Shown here piece by piece: positions 1 to 13,367 of a stretch of DNA of 23,716 nucleotides. Position 1 is the stretch's first letter; the number at the start of each line of letters is the position of its first letter. The translations under genes were made by a program, and so were the position numbers. The notes under the pieces are model-generated. The model did no database searches, was not told the origin of the DNA, and saw only the letters and a program-made list of their open reading frames with translations. Source of the DNA: Octopus sinensis (lineage: Eukaryota); the NCBI RefSeq assembly GCF_006345805.1, contig NW_021836593.1:1-23716 (forward strand), in the 5' to 3' direction.

Positions 1-1949
1 TATTATATATATATATATATATATATATTATTATTAACACAGTACATTTTTTTACGTGCTACAATTAGTTTCATGTGCTAAAACTGCTAAGCAATGTTCT
101 ATAACACGCCTGACATCTCGGCACCGTCATCAGGGACAGCTCACATGGCATAACGATCTAAAAATGGAATGAGAGAAGAAACGAGAAAAGGTGCGAACGA
201 AGTATATAGAAAAAGCAGAAGGCTGAAAAACAGGAAAAACGAAAAAGTAATTAGAAAGAAGCGAAAGGGTTAAATGCGTTATCTCCCGTAGAATGGTAAA
301 TAAGGCTGAAGAAATAGTGGCTTAGAGTTTATGGTACAGTTATTAATCAAATAGAGAAGGAATTTAGACATATACTTACATCCGCTCAAAATTTCCAATC
401 TAGAGTTAGAGATGTTGGAACTGAAAATGATCTCAGCTCTTCAGCTAAGCATAGCTTATATTTTTTGATCCGTTCATACATAGTAGGGATTTTTCGATTT
501 GTTTTCTACCTTACGTATATATATCTATATATATATATATTATATAATATATATATATATATATATAATATTATATCTATGTATAGCAGAATTTTATTTG
601 TGCGTCGCTAATTATAAACAATGAACGCAGATTAACTATATTTTACGATTTTTTTACTATATGTTTGCGTGTGTGCCATTGTTATGCTTGTAACTTTAAT
701 GGGCAGCGGGTCATTTTTCTTGAAACATCTTACCTCCTACATATTTCTGTGGTTTTAAAAAATTCTGACATATTGTTTGTTTTAACAACACACACACACG
801 TACACACAAACACACAAACAAACTCACACACACAGCCTTTCTGTCTCTCTTCATTATTCTCATTGATATTATTACTGTTTGTCTATCAGTTAATTACCAT
901 TTCTACATTCCTCTTTTTCTTGTATAACGAAAGGAAACACAAGAAACGTTTGTCTCCCGTCGTATTCTGTTACAAAAACAGTTTACAATTCTGTTTTATC
1001 TCATACTTCACAGATATTTCCCTCTTTGTATCATTTTGAGTATCTATCTTATTCAATTGACTAATTTCTTTTCTTTTCCTGTTATCCCCTCCTTCATATC
1101 CACAGTCTCACTCATTCATCATGTCTTCATTTCACTCTCTACATTTCTAGTCCATTTTCTTCAAATAGTCAAGTATATATATATATATATATATATAATA
1201 TTACTGACACACATACATATGCACCATTTACACGTGTATGTAGGTGTGTTTGTATGTACAATGGTAGTAAATATGCCCATATTTTACTTCCTGTCTATCT
1301 ATCTATCAATCTCTCTTTCTCTCTCTCTCTTTATATATATATATATGTATCTATATAGGTGTATATATATATGTGTATATATCATTGTATTCTTTTTGAA
1401 CCACTGTTTTGATCGTTGTTCATCAGTTCGTGCGTCTGTCCCAATAATTCTGTCACCAATATCTCAATCGTTTTATTTTGTTTCTTTTTGTATTTCTTCA
1501 TCGAACTATTTATTTCTATTACTACCCTCTCCTTCTCACAAACTCGCGCATTCACAATTAGATTGAATTTTAAAAGAAACCGTAGAATAAAATTCCTACA
1601 TTTAAATAGTTTATTTCCGCCAGGTCTGGAAACATCAGACACAAATCAAGAAGTTTTTCTTATGATGATTTTTCCAACCAATGCTGATTCCTTTATCGTG
1701 TTATTTTTCTTTATTTGTAGCTGTTTAAATAATAATGAAATTTACTAAGCGATTAAGTCAAGGCTTTCATCTATTACAAGCACTATACGTGTTCTTTTCA
1801 TCAAAGCTGTCTATAGACATAGCATTACATAGAATGTGAAGTTAGTTTATTTTTTTGAAAACTTAATGGTAAATAATGTTTTGTCCACGTATACCAATGC
1901 TGATTTTGAAGCATTCCAATTATTTCTGGTCAACAACCACAATACTAAG

Positions 1950-2092
<143 letters not shown>

Positions 2093-2998
2093 CTACCCGT
2101 TCGAGACAAGCTCTACAGACACGGCTCGAGAAACACGGGGCCGACCTGCCCGAGATGCGGTCAGAGCGACGAAACCGTTCTGCACGCACTCGTGCAGTGT
2201 CCAACAATTTCCGACCTGTGGGCTTATGTCGAACAACTGCTGTCACGTGTGGGACGAGTCGGTATATAAGCTGAGTCTATCGTCAATATCGTCACGCCTC
2301 CTTCCTTCAAACGGGAAGGAAGAGCTATTTTCATCATCCTTGTGGCTATGGCGAAAGAATGTATCTGGTGGACGCGTCTGAAAGGATTGGAGACAAACAC
2401 TTTCCTCTCTGGTCAACCTCTCATCAACTTCTTCAAGTACCACTTGAAAAGGAAAGTGAGAATAGAGAGGCAAGTTTTGTCTAGCGAATGTTTTAAAAAA
2501 AGATGGGTGAATGTAGCAAGGATGGCACGTATGAATGACGAAGCCACCTTGAGCATAGTCCAATGGACCCAGAAATTGAAAACAGAGGGTTACCCACTTG
2601 CAAACAAATGTGGTAATATTGACCAAGGTTACCGTGGTCTTTTTCGTAGGCTTTTCTTCCCACGGATAAACCTTACTTGCTTTCCCCTTTACATCATACA
2701 TCATGACACTGTGATACACGATCCCTATTTATCGTTTCTTTTTCCTTTTCCCCTTTTTTCCCTCTTTTTTCTTCTTTTTTTATTTTTCTTTTCTTTTGTT
2801 CCTTTTCCTTTTTTCCTTTTTTTTCTCTTTTTTTTATTCTTTTTTCCCTTTTACGATCTCTTTTGATCGAAAACCTACGCCACGTTTTTTTTTGTTTCTT
2901 TGTTTTTCGTTTTTAGTTTTTTTCATCCCCCAAAAGAAAAGCTCTACCTTGTAACTTGTCCCATCTGTGTGCAGCTCTGTGTGGCCAATAAAGAAACT
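2093..2998 (+). mobile_element. 5'-truncated L1/Tx1-clade LINE: ORF2 C-terminus plus 3' UTR
   Basis: The frame from 2093 reads LPVRDKLYRHGSRNTGPTCPRCGQSDETVLHALVQCPTISDLWAYVEQLL...AMAKECIWWTRLKG...FKKRWVNVARM. CPRC-x4-ETVLH-x4-C is the C-terminal zinc knuckle of L1/Tx1 ORF2. One in-frame TAA at 2267-2269. A pyrimidine-rich 3' UTR and AATAAA at 2987-2992 follow, then (TATC)n. Confidence 0.9.
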
Positions 2999-3319
<321 letters not shown>

Positions 3320-3379
3320 AAGCTCTACATTGTAACTTGTCCCATCTGTATGCAGCCCTGTGTGGCCAATAAAGAAACT
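3320..3379 (+). mobile_element. Second copy of the terminal 60 bp of the Tx1-like LINE
   Basis: 57/60 identical to 2939-2998 by manual alignment. Includes AATAAA-GAAACT and is flanked by TATC repeats on both sides. Confidence 0.9.
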
Positions 3380-3388
3380 TATCTTTCA

Positions 3389-3460
<72 letters not shown>

Positions 3461-3536
3461 GTCTGTCTATCTGTCTATGTATGTATATATGTGTGTATGT
3501 ATGTATGTAGCTATCTATCTATCTGTGTGTGTGTGT
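3380..3536. repeat. (TATC)n grading into (TATG)n/(TG)n
   Basis: Direct reading. Confidence 0.95.
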
Positions 3537-3553
3537 TTCGTATAGACACACAG

Positions 3554-3769
3554 TAGGAGAGAGTGCTGAAAAGTTCGTGGCTTTGGGTTAGAGAAAATAC
3601 AAGAGACTCAGTAATGGTTTTATTCAACATATTCCCTTCTCAGATTTACACGCTTATTGCAGCGGTCCTTCAGTTTTTCTAAGACTTGTAAAGAAATTAG
3701 AAGTTTGGGCCTCTAATCAGGCGTTTCACGATTCCTTTAAAGCAATCAACGTTTCAGTAACCCCTCATA
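3554..3769 (-). mobile_element. Mariner-derived MITE (~215 bp), degenerate
   Basis: Imperfect TIRs (3554-3584 vs 3739-3769, 22/31 match including terminal TA). The minus strand reads LEKLKDRCNKRVNLRREYVE*, resembling a mariner transposase C-terminus (KL..RW.KC....G.YVE). Confidence 0.7.
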
Positions 3770-3883
3770 TAAGGATTCTATATAAAAAATCATGAGATAG
3801 ACAGCACCTGGTCTTCATCAGTATACTTAATCTGACCTATTGGCTTAACTCTCACGTGTAGCTGGCATTTAAACACCTTATAT

Positions 3884-4081
3884 ACATTATTTACATTATT
3901 TACATTCGACGGATATTTGTCCTCATCTTGTTTGTTGTTAACAAAGTTTCGGCTGTCTTGGGGAAATTTCGAACCTGGGTATTTTTCGATGTTGTTGTTG
4001 TTGTTGTTGTTGTTATTATTATTATTAATATTATTATTATTATTGTTGCTGTTGTTGTTGTTGTTGTTGTTGTTTTTGTCG

Positions 4082-4113
<32 letters not shown>

Positions 4114-4248
4114 AGTGTTCGGAATCTAAAGGAGGCTGGAGGGTATATCAGCCGAAACTTTGTGTGAATAACAAACAAGATGAGGAAAAATATCCGTCGA
4201 ATGTAAATAATGTACATAATTCCTCATCTCTTAAATATAGAACTGACT
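3884..4248. mobile_element. Inverted pair of Penelope-like/hammerhead-type repeat ends around a (GTT/ATT)n array
   Basis: Arms 3884-3955 and 4149-4213 are near reverse complements. Both are homologous to 23161-23300. The unit is flanked by an exact 19-bp direct repeat GCATTTAAACACCTTATAT (3865-3883, 4249-4267). Confidence 0.7.
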
Positions 4249-5056
4249 GCATTTAAACACCTTATATTTTACAAAATCTGCTTTCGCAAGTATTTTAGAC
4301 ATGAGGTTTCTCCGATCTAAGAATACTCCCTAGGTTTTATTATAATTATTCATTTCCTTTAACACGTGTGGAGATGGTGAATGAGAGACGTTTAATGCGG
4401 CCACTCGAACCGCTGGGAGAAATAGCACAGCGAATTCTCCTTCAAACTTTTGCGACTCTATAGTGAGAGGAGAACTAAAATTCTACTATCACTCTTCAGT
4501 GATAGTGGTATTATTACTATCGCTATAAAGTTGAATTCTCCGCCTTTCTCTCTCTCTGTCTCTCTCCCCCTCTCTATATCTACCTCTGTCTTTCTATTGC
4601 TCCGTTTGTATGGTTCTGTCTATCTCACACCTCTATCTTTTCGATTTACTAAATCAGCTTTGACCGCGCATTTAAACGATAAATTTACATCAACGTATTT
4701 CTCGAGCAGAGTCAATGGGCCTATATATATGGATAGGAGATACTTTTAACCTACTAGTTGTTATACAGCTTCCGCTTAGCGGATTAACTCTGTTTTGAAA
4801 AATGAATACATGGGACAATATAGACTTATGTTCTCCACCTATAGCGAAAAGACATCGATAGTGAATAATATAACACCTGTAATATAATAAGAATAAATGT
4901 CTTAAGGTATAGGTCTACTTAATCAAGATTGACATACGAGAAGGATAACGAAGATGGTGACAACACTAACAACAATGCAAAGATTGTCTTTAGCGCAACT
5001 CTGTCTTTCGAGTCGGATATATAAAACACTCACTTCGACGATAAAATACATAAATA

Positions 5057-5316
5057 AAAAATAAAAAAATAAATGCGCCTTTTTAAAGCCTAGCCAGGCT
5101 CATGGGCCCGGGTTCCCGGTTTCAATGGCGTATGTGTTCCCCAGCTGGACGGCACGCTAGTCCATCGCAGCGTTGCTCATTTTTGGCAGCTGAGTGGAGC
5201 AACGTGAAATGAAGTGCTTTGCTGAAGAACACAACGCGTCACCCGGTCCAGGAATCGAAACCACAATCTTACGATCATGATGCTGACATCTTAACCATTA
5301 AGCCACGCGCCTCCAC
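5057..5316 (-). mobile_element. tRNA-derived SINE with conserved central domain
   Basis: Minus-strand head GGAGGCGCGTGGCTTAATGGTTAAG...GGTTTCGATTCC (A/B boxes), then TGTGTTCTTCAGCAAAGCACTT (CORE/V/Meta-like motif) and a T-rich (TTTA-like) tail. Probable 14-bp TSD AAAATACATAAATA at 5043-5056 and 5319-5332. Confidence 0.85.
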
Positions 5317-5489
5317 TAAAAATACATAAATACATAACTAAAATAAAAGTAGATGTCTTGCAAACAACTTGCACATGCAAGTGCTACCAGTCAAAAGCTC
5401 CGTATACCGGAAGCCAGCAAGTATATGGGGTCATCAGGAGAGAATGCGCGCTGTTTCGGGGCCTACCTCTCGACAGCATCAATATAATA

Positions 5490-5952
5490 CCTTTCTTTTA
5501 TCTTCCACTTATTTAACTTAATGGACTGTGGACATTTGGAGGCAACACCTTAGAGGGTTTAGTTGAAAGAAATGATCCTAGTATTTCTTTTTAAACCTGT
5601 TACTTATTGCATGCTCCTCTGGTTAACGATACCTTTAGTCACGTGGAAGAAAACGAAGCAACGCCCTATGTCAAACAGTAGTGGGTGATAAATAGAAAGA
5701 CATACATACATATATGCATATGTACTCTCATATATGTGTGTGTTTGTGTGTGCGTGTGTGCATGTGTGTGCTCCAGTCATTGGACCACATCATGCTCAAA
5801 GGGCGTCTTTCAGTTTCCGTCAGCCAAAACTAATCACAACGCTTTGGTCAGATAGGGCTACGATAAAAGACATTGCCGAAGGACTTACGCAATGTGACTG
5901 AGGTCAGAACAATGTGGTCGGGAGGCGAACTTTTACCACAAAGCCATGTCTG
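5490..5952 (-). mobile_element. Degenerate near-full-length tRNA/CORE-type SINE with internal (TG/TATG)n
   Basis: Head and central part (5795-5952) are homologous to 14672-14803 and 20058-20215. The 3' part (5490-5700) is homologous to 16735-16945 in opposite orientation. An SSR lies between. Resembles octopus OK/OR-type SINEs from memory. Confidence 0.7.
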
Positions 5953-6177
5953 TTCGCATCAAGGAAGAAAAAAATTCAGCTTCTAATGAAGTATAGAATA
6001 TTTCTGAACTAAATTTTTCAATTACAGTCAGGAAATGTAATTTATAGTATCACGAACAATTTTAACATAAGAAAGTATAACATTGCTTTGTGTGAATCAT
6101 CTCTTTCTTGATTGGTTCCATTCACAAGGACTGATGAACATTTTATAATACAGGAATACAGACATTTACGCGTGTAT

Positions 6178-6219
6178 CTACATACATACATACATACATA
6201 CATACATACATACATACAT

Positions 6220-6252
<33 letters not shown>

Positions 6253-6420
6253 TACATACATACGTATCTGCATGCATACATGCATACATATGTACATATA
6301 CATATATCAAACATATATATGTATATTACCATAGACTCTCTCGTACTTATAAGCCATATCATTTGTGTGTGTGTATGAATCTGTATGTATGTGTGTGTAT
6401 GCGTTTGTGTGTGTGCATAC
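6178..6420. repeat. (CATA)n/(CA)n/(TG)n compound microsatellite
   Basis: Direct reading. Confidence 0.9.
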
Positions 6421-7259
6421 ATACACTATATGTATTACATACAGTCATGGATCCAAGTACACACAGAGAAATATATATAAATATATATATATTTATATAT
6501 ATATATATGCACAAATAGGAATATGTATATATAATTATATATCACAAACGGATAAATATAATCGCTTCCCACCAAATCGTATCCGGTTCGATGACACTAA
6601 TCTGCGAGCTGGACCTACTATTTTCTGTTTGGCATCGGTTGGCTGATACTAAGTCAGAATGGTTAAACGGAAACGGTATATACGCCATTAAGATGGACGT
6701 CGCCATTATTGTTTGTTTTTAGCGTTCAGTCCACTGTATATACGCGGTCTACTCTGTGAAATTACCTGATCTAGTTTAATATTTAGGTTTAAAGTTTAGG
6801 TTTAGAGTTAGTGTTTAGGGTTGATGGTTACTGTTATGTTAAAGTTAGGTTTAAAATGCATGCTTACTTTGCTCTGGTATAGACTTACCTCATACATTCA
6901 CCGGTATAAGCTTGCTACATGCATTTGGACCGGTATAAACTTGCCGCACTTGTTCAACCACTGATTCTGCCTGAAATTCGCCTTCAGAGTAACCGTGGGC
7001 TTTAAATGAAATGTCATAGGTAAATCAATTGATCAAAGATAGAGATTGAGCGATATAGAGAGATAGAGAGAGAGAGAGCGAGAGAGAGTGAGAGGGGTAG
7101 ACAGACGGACAGACAGATGGAGAGTGAGAAAGAGAGAAAAGGGGGGAAGAAGAAGTCGATTTTACAATACATTTTAGTTTTTCTATGATTATAGACTCAC
7201 ACCAACAGTAAATATACACTTTTTTCTCTTATATGTGTTTTCAAATAATAACGTTCTGT

Positions 7260-7391
7260 CAACACACACACACACACCACACACATATCTGTACCTATAT
7301 ATATATATATATATTTATGAGTGTGTGTGTGCGTGAGCATGTATGTATGCAAATAGTGTGTATATCAAGTATATGTATATATATGTATATA

Positions 7392-7424
<33 letters not shown>

Positions 7425-7564
7425 ATAAATAGATGTGTGTATTTTTCCCTTGTTGACAATTGACACGGAAAAAATAGATAAATAGGTACCAAGGTAACTC
7501 ACATATAAACTCACCCAAAAACCACCCAAGTAAAGACCATGTATATCTATCTATCTATCAATAT

Positions 7565-7599
<35 letters not shown>

Positions 7600-7760
7600 G
7601 TATATATTATATATATATATATATATAATATATATATATAATATATATGTATATATATATATATGTGCGTGCGTGTGTGTATATGTATGCATGCATATAT
7701 TCTTATATACATGTATGGATATTTCTGTCTCTCTCTCTCCCATGCATGGGTATGTGTGTG
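7260..7760. repeat. (TA)n/(CATA)n/(TG)n compound SSR field
   Basis: Direct reading; explains the YI/CV-rich ORFs. Confidence 0.9.
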
Positions 7761-9287
7761 TACACACCCAAACATACCTATGTGTGCACGCACCAGTGAA
7801 GTGTTACAATGAGCAGCCATATTTTATCTTTAAAATAATGAACTTCCTGTGAGATTGATGTTCAAGCGGCAAGGGTTATTTTGGTGCATCACGTTTTTTA
7901 ACAAATTCTAATTTAAGCCTTTAGAAAAACTGCACAAATGCTTGATCAACTTGAAAAAGAAGTATTTTTTTAATAGTTTTTGTTTTTTATAATTAACTAA
8001 AGAACGTATGCAACAGTTTACACCTATTTTTTTTCTCAATTGTTACTATGCACACGAAAGCATGTGTGCGTGTTTGTATTTGGGTATGAATACACAACCA
8101 CATACACGCACAAATATATATAGATAGAGATGCGTGTATATGTATATCTCCATATATGTGTATCACTCTTCTATATACACACATAGATATACACATCACA
8201 CACATAAACATATATATGCAAACCCATATGTATTCATATATTTATATGTATATTATATACATTATACTTATACATATATACATATGCACAGATATGTATG
8301 TATGTATACATACATACATACGCACATACATATTACATACATACATATACATGCATGCATGATTGTGTGTGTGTGTGGAGAAAGTGATAGATAGTGGTAG
8401 CTCGGAGAATAATTGCCACATAATTGCAAACATCGTCCCCTTCCCACACAGCACGGAAATTAAATATATCTGAAAGACAAATGTTTTATGTGATTAATAC
8501 AACACAGAACCTATGAAACACCTACACCGTCATCTTAGAATATAATCATTGGTAGTTGGAAAATAATTTAATATACTTTCACTCTATTATTTTCTAGGTT
8601 GACTTAGTGCACTGAATGCAAAGATCATTCTTTGTATCCACTGGTTTACCGACAACAAGGGATGTTTCACTCCTCATCTTTGAAATTCTCAATAGATATG
8701 GCTCTTTTCCAATAGTGCAATCTATTTTCCCCTTTTACACTTCCTGTCTCTGTTTCTCTTTCTCTCTCCCATATATTGATGCTCTCTTCCTCTCTCTACC
8801 TCTCGTGTTCGTGTGCGAACATTTTTTTTTGTTTCTTTTCCTGTATTTTCTTCAAACTATAAATATTTTCGATATTCGGTAAAATATGAATGAATAACGT
8901 TGAGGAAGATAGTTGCATCAGGAAATTGAAAATCTATGATCAATGGCTTCATCCTGGAATTTGAATTAGTAGAACGTATAATAAGAATCTAAAAGATGGC
9001 GCAAGTGTCTTGCTAAGATACCCATAGTGAGAGACATTGTATAATTGACCATATGAGAACGAGAAAGATATGCTAAGAAATTTCACGAGAAACCTTTGAG
9101 TGTTCGAAGGATGAATGAAAAAGACATAGAGAAGTAATTAGATATTAGACGGTAGTGATGTACTGAACAGAAAAAATATTTTTAGCAAACAACGTCTGAA
9201 CGAAAGAGGAAAAGTAATCGTGGGTACGAGTTGTGAAGTTAAGTTTTCCATTGTGTAGTACAAGAACTCGCGACTTGAAATAAACTG

Positions 9288-9289
<2 letters not shown>

Positions 9290-9329
<40 letters not shown>

Positions 9330-9381
9330 CATAATAATAATAATAATAATAATCATAATAATAATAATGATAATGATAATA

Positions 9382-9412
<31 letters not shown>

Positions 9413-9482
9413 TAATAATATTAATAATAATAATAATAATAATAACAACAACAACAAACACAATAACAATAACAACAACAAC

Positions 9483-9561
<79 letters not shown>

Positions 9562-9570
9562 GTATAATAA
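9290..9570. repeat. (AAT)n with AAC/GAT variants
   Basis: Direct reading. Confidence 0.97.
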
Positions 9571-9667
9571 TATACCCTTATCAGACGGGTAGTCATGATG
9601 GGTATATTGGGCTTCGTATATTTTTACCCCTTGTCACTTTGATGGCATGAACTGCTCTCTCACTCAA

Positions 9668-9681
9668 TAATAATAATAATG

Positions 9682-9727
<46 letters not shown>

Positions 9728-9962
9728 ATATAATAATAATAATAATAATAATAAAATAATAATAATAATAAATAATAATAATAATATAATAATAATAATA
9801 ATAATAATAATATAATAATAATAAAAATAAAAGAAGAAGAAGAAGAAGAGAAGAAGAAGAAGAAGAAGAAGAAGAAGAAGAAGAAGAAAGAAGAAGAAGA
9901 AGAGAAAAGAAGAAGAGAAAGAAGAAGAAGAAGAAGAAAAGAAAAGAAGAATAATAAAAATA
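9668..9962. repeat. (AAT)n switching to (AAG)n; probable expanded tail of the adjacent SINE
   Basis: The array abuts the 3' end of the minus-strand SINE at 9963. Confidence 0.9.
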
Positions 9963-10160
9963 ATCCTTTCTACTATAGGCACAAGGCCTGAAATTGGGGG
10001 AGAAAATAATCGATTACATCGACACCAGGACTCAACTGGTGCTTAATTTATCCGAAAGGATAAAAGCAACGTCGACCTCGACAGAATTTGAACGTAGCCA
10101 CGGGCGAAATACTGCTGAGTATTTCGTCCAGCGCGCTAACCATTCTGCCAGCTCGACGCC
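9963..10160 (-). mobile_element. tRNA-derived SINE, family with GGCGAGCTGGCAGAA head
   Basis: Minus strand begins GGCGTCGAGCTGGCAGAATGGTTAGCGCGCTGGACGAAAT and ends GGCCTTGTGCCTATAGTAGAAAGG-(ATT)n. Homologous copies at 11470, 11684 and 20734. Confidence 0.85.
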
Positions 10161-10971
10161 TTTCAAACGCTTTCTTTAATGACCTCATGGTCCTACATAG
10201 AACACACAGGGACGCAGATACAAAGTTACAAACGGAGGGGTTTACTGTGTAAACATATAAAACAGTAACAAAAGAAAATGAACAATAAAATTATGCAATT
10301 ACAATTCTTCAAAAGGAAGGGGTGAGATTTCTTAAGGAAAACCGTGCAAACTCCACAGAAATTATGAGCACTTCAGTCACTCTCTCCACTTTTTTTCTGT
10401 TTTTAACCTTATCCTTTGTATGTGATTGTCCTCATCTAGGTCTATTGCCCAGTTTCAGTGGGAGCGCGTAGGGTGATAATTCTCCCCTCCTTCTTCAAGT
10501 GACCCTTTGCCTTATCCAAAAATTCACTATTTAATTCTATATCCTCCTTGCGGTTTCAGGCTGAAACGAACCCGCTTCGACCTGCTTCATTTGCACGCGA
10601 AGAAATCTGCATTTTCTTCTCTTCATAATTCTTCTCTTGTTTCTTTTCTTCCTTCTTCCCTCTTCCTTCTTTTCTTCTTTTTTCTGTGTAGGAATAGTTG
10701 TGGCGTATTCGTCAAGCTGGTTGTTCAACTTCCCGTCTTCACTTTTAGGTAAATTTTAGAAGGATTCTTAGACATAAATAGGTGTATATAGTCCCCAAGG
10801 GGGCATATTTTCTACAAGAACTAACTCCCTAGGAGGGCAGGTACCTTGTAACACAAATTAAACAAAACAAAAATTTAAGAACTTGTGACAACAAAAGTTC
10901 AAACAATTTTGGGAGCTCAAAACGTATCACTTACCGCGAAGGTGGGTGGACACTCCGCTCGCCGCCTGAAT

Positions 10972-11101
10972 AATAATAATAATAATATAATAATAATATA
11001 ATAATACTATAATAATATCATAATATAATGATGATGATGATGATGATGATGATGATAATAATAATATAATAATAACAACGACGATGATGATGATGATGAT
11101 G

Positions 11102-11165
<64 letters not shown>

Positions 11166-11180
11166 CAACAACATTAATAA
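10972..11180. repeat. (AAT)n/(GAT)n compound microsatellite
   Basis: Direct reading. Confidence 0.95.
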
Positions 11181-11330
11181 TAATACATTAACTAAAATGA
11201 AGTAGATTGGCAAATTCAGTTTTTGAATCCGTTGAAGATACAAGATGTCAAAATATCATTCACTAGATAACAATCGCACTCTTCTTTTAATTTTGATTCT
11301 ATATCTTATGGAGGAGGTACCTCGATCCTG

Positions 11331-11333
<3 letters not shown>

Positions 11334-11386
<53 letters not shown>

Positions 11387-11469
11387 GTTGTTATTATTAT
11401 TATTATTATCAATAATAATAATAATGATGATGATGATGATGATGATGATGATGGTGATTATAATGATAA
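11334..11469. repeat. (TTA)n followed by (AAT)n/(GAT)n
   Basis: Direct reading; the second half is the tail of the SINE at 11470. Confidence 0.93.
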
Positions 11470-11668
11470 TTCTATCTATTATGTGCACAAGGCCTGGAAT
11501 TTCGGGGAGGAGGATACTCGATTACTAAACCGGTACTTATTCTATCGACCACAAACTGATGAAAGACAAAGTGAGGTTGGCGGAATTGGAACTCAGAAAA
11601 CGTCAAAACGAAGGAATTGCCACTTAGTATTTTGTCTCGTATGTGAACGATTCTTCTAACTGGACGCC
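11470..11668 (-). mobile_element. Degenerate SINE, same family as 9963-10160
   Basis: Shared motifs GCACAAGGCCTG, GTACTTATTCTATCGACC, GATGAAAGACAAAG, GGCGGAATTGGAACTCAGAA. Confidence 0.8.
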
Positions 11669-11683
11669 TGCGTAACAACAAAC

Positions 11684-11862
11684 ATTCTTTCTATTATAGG
11701 CAAAAAGCCTGCAATTTTGAGGGAGGAGCCAATTCATTCATCAAGCCTGTTTTCAAGTGTTCCTTATTTTTTATCGACCCCGAAAAGATGAAAGGCAGAA
11801 TTTGAATTCAGAAATACCTCACAGTATTTTGTCTGGCGTGGTAATGACTCTGCTTCCTCACC
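11684..11862 (-). mobile_element. Internally deleted SINE, same family, in tandem with 11470-11668
   Basis: Motifs TTTCTATTATAGGCAAAAAGCCTG, TTATCGACCCCGAAAAGATGAAAGGC, AGAATTTGAATTCAGAA and a decayed head. Confidence 0.75.
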
Positions 11863-11863
11863 A

Positions 11864-13367
<1,504 letters not shown>

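Noticed and set aside
105-140. Minus-strand CTGATGA-CGGTGCC-GAGATGTC hammerhead-like remnant
   Set aside because: Core GAAAC is mutated, stem II is too short and stem I does not pair; at best a decayed Penelope-like end.
5425-5480. GAAAC and CTGATGA half-cores on the minus strand
   Set aside because: Only 16 nt lie between the half-cores and the flanks are not complementary; no hammerhead topology folds.
6782-6853. Interstitial telomere
   Set aside because: Only one exact TTAGGG; too degenerate and embedded in a probable dispersed repeat.
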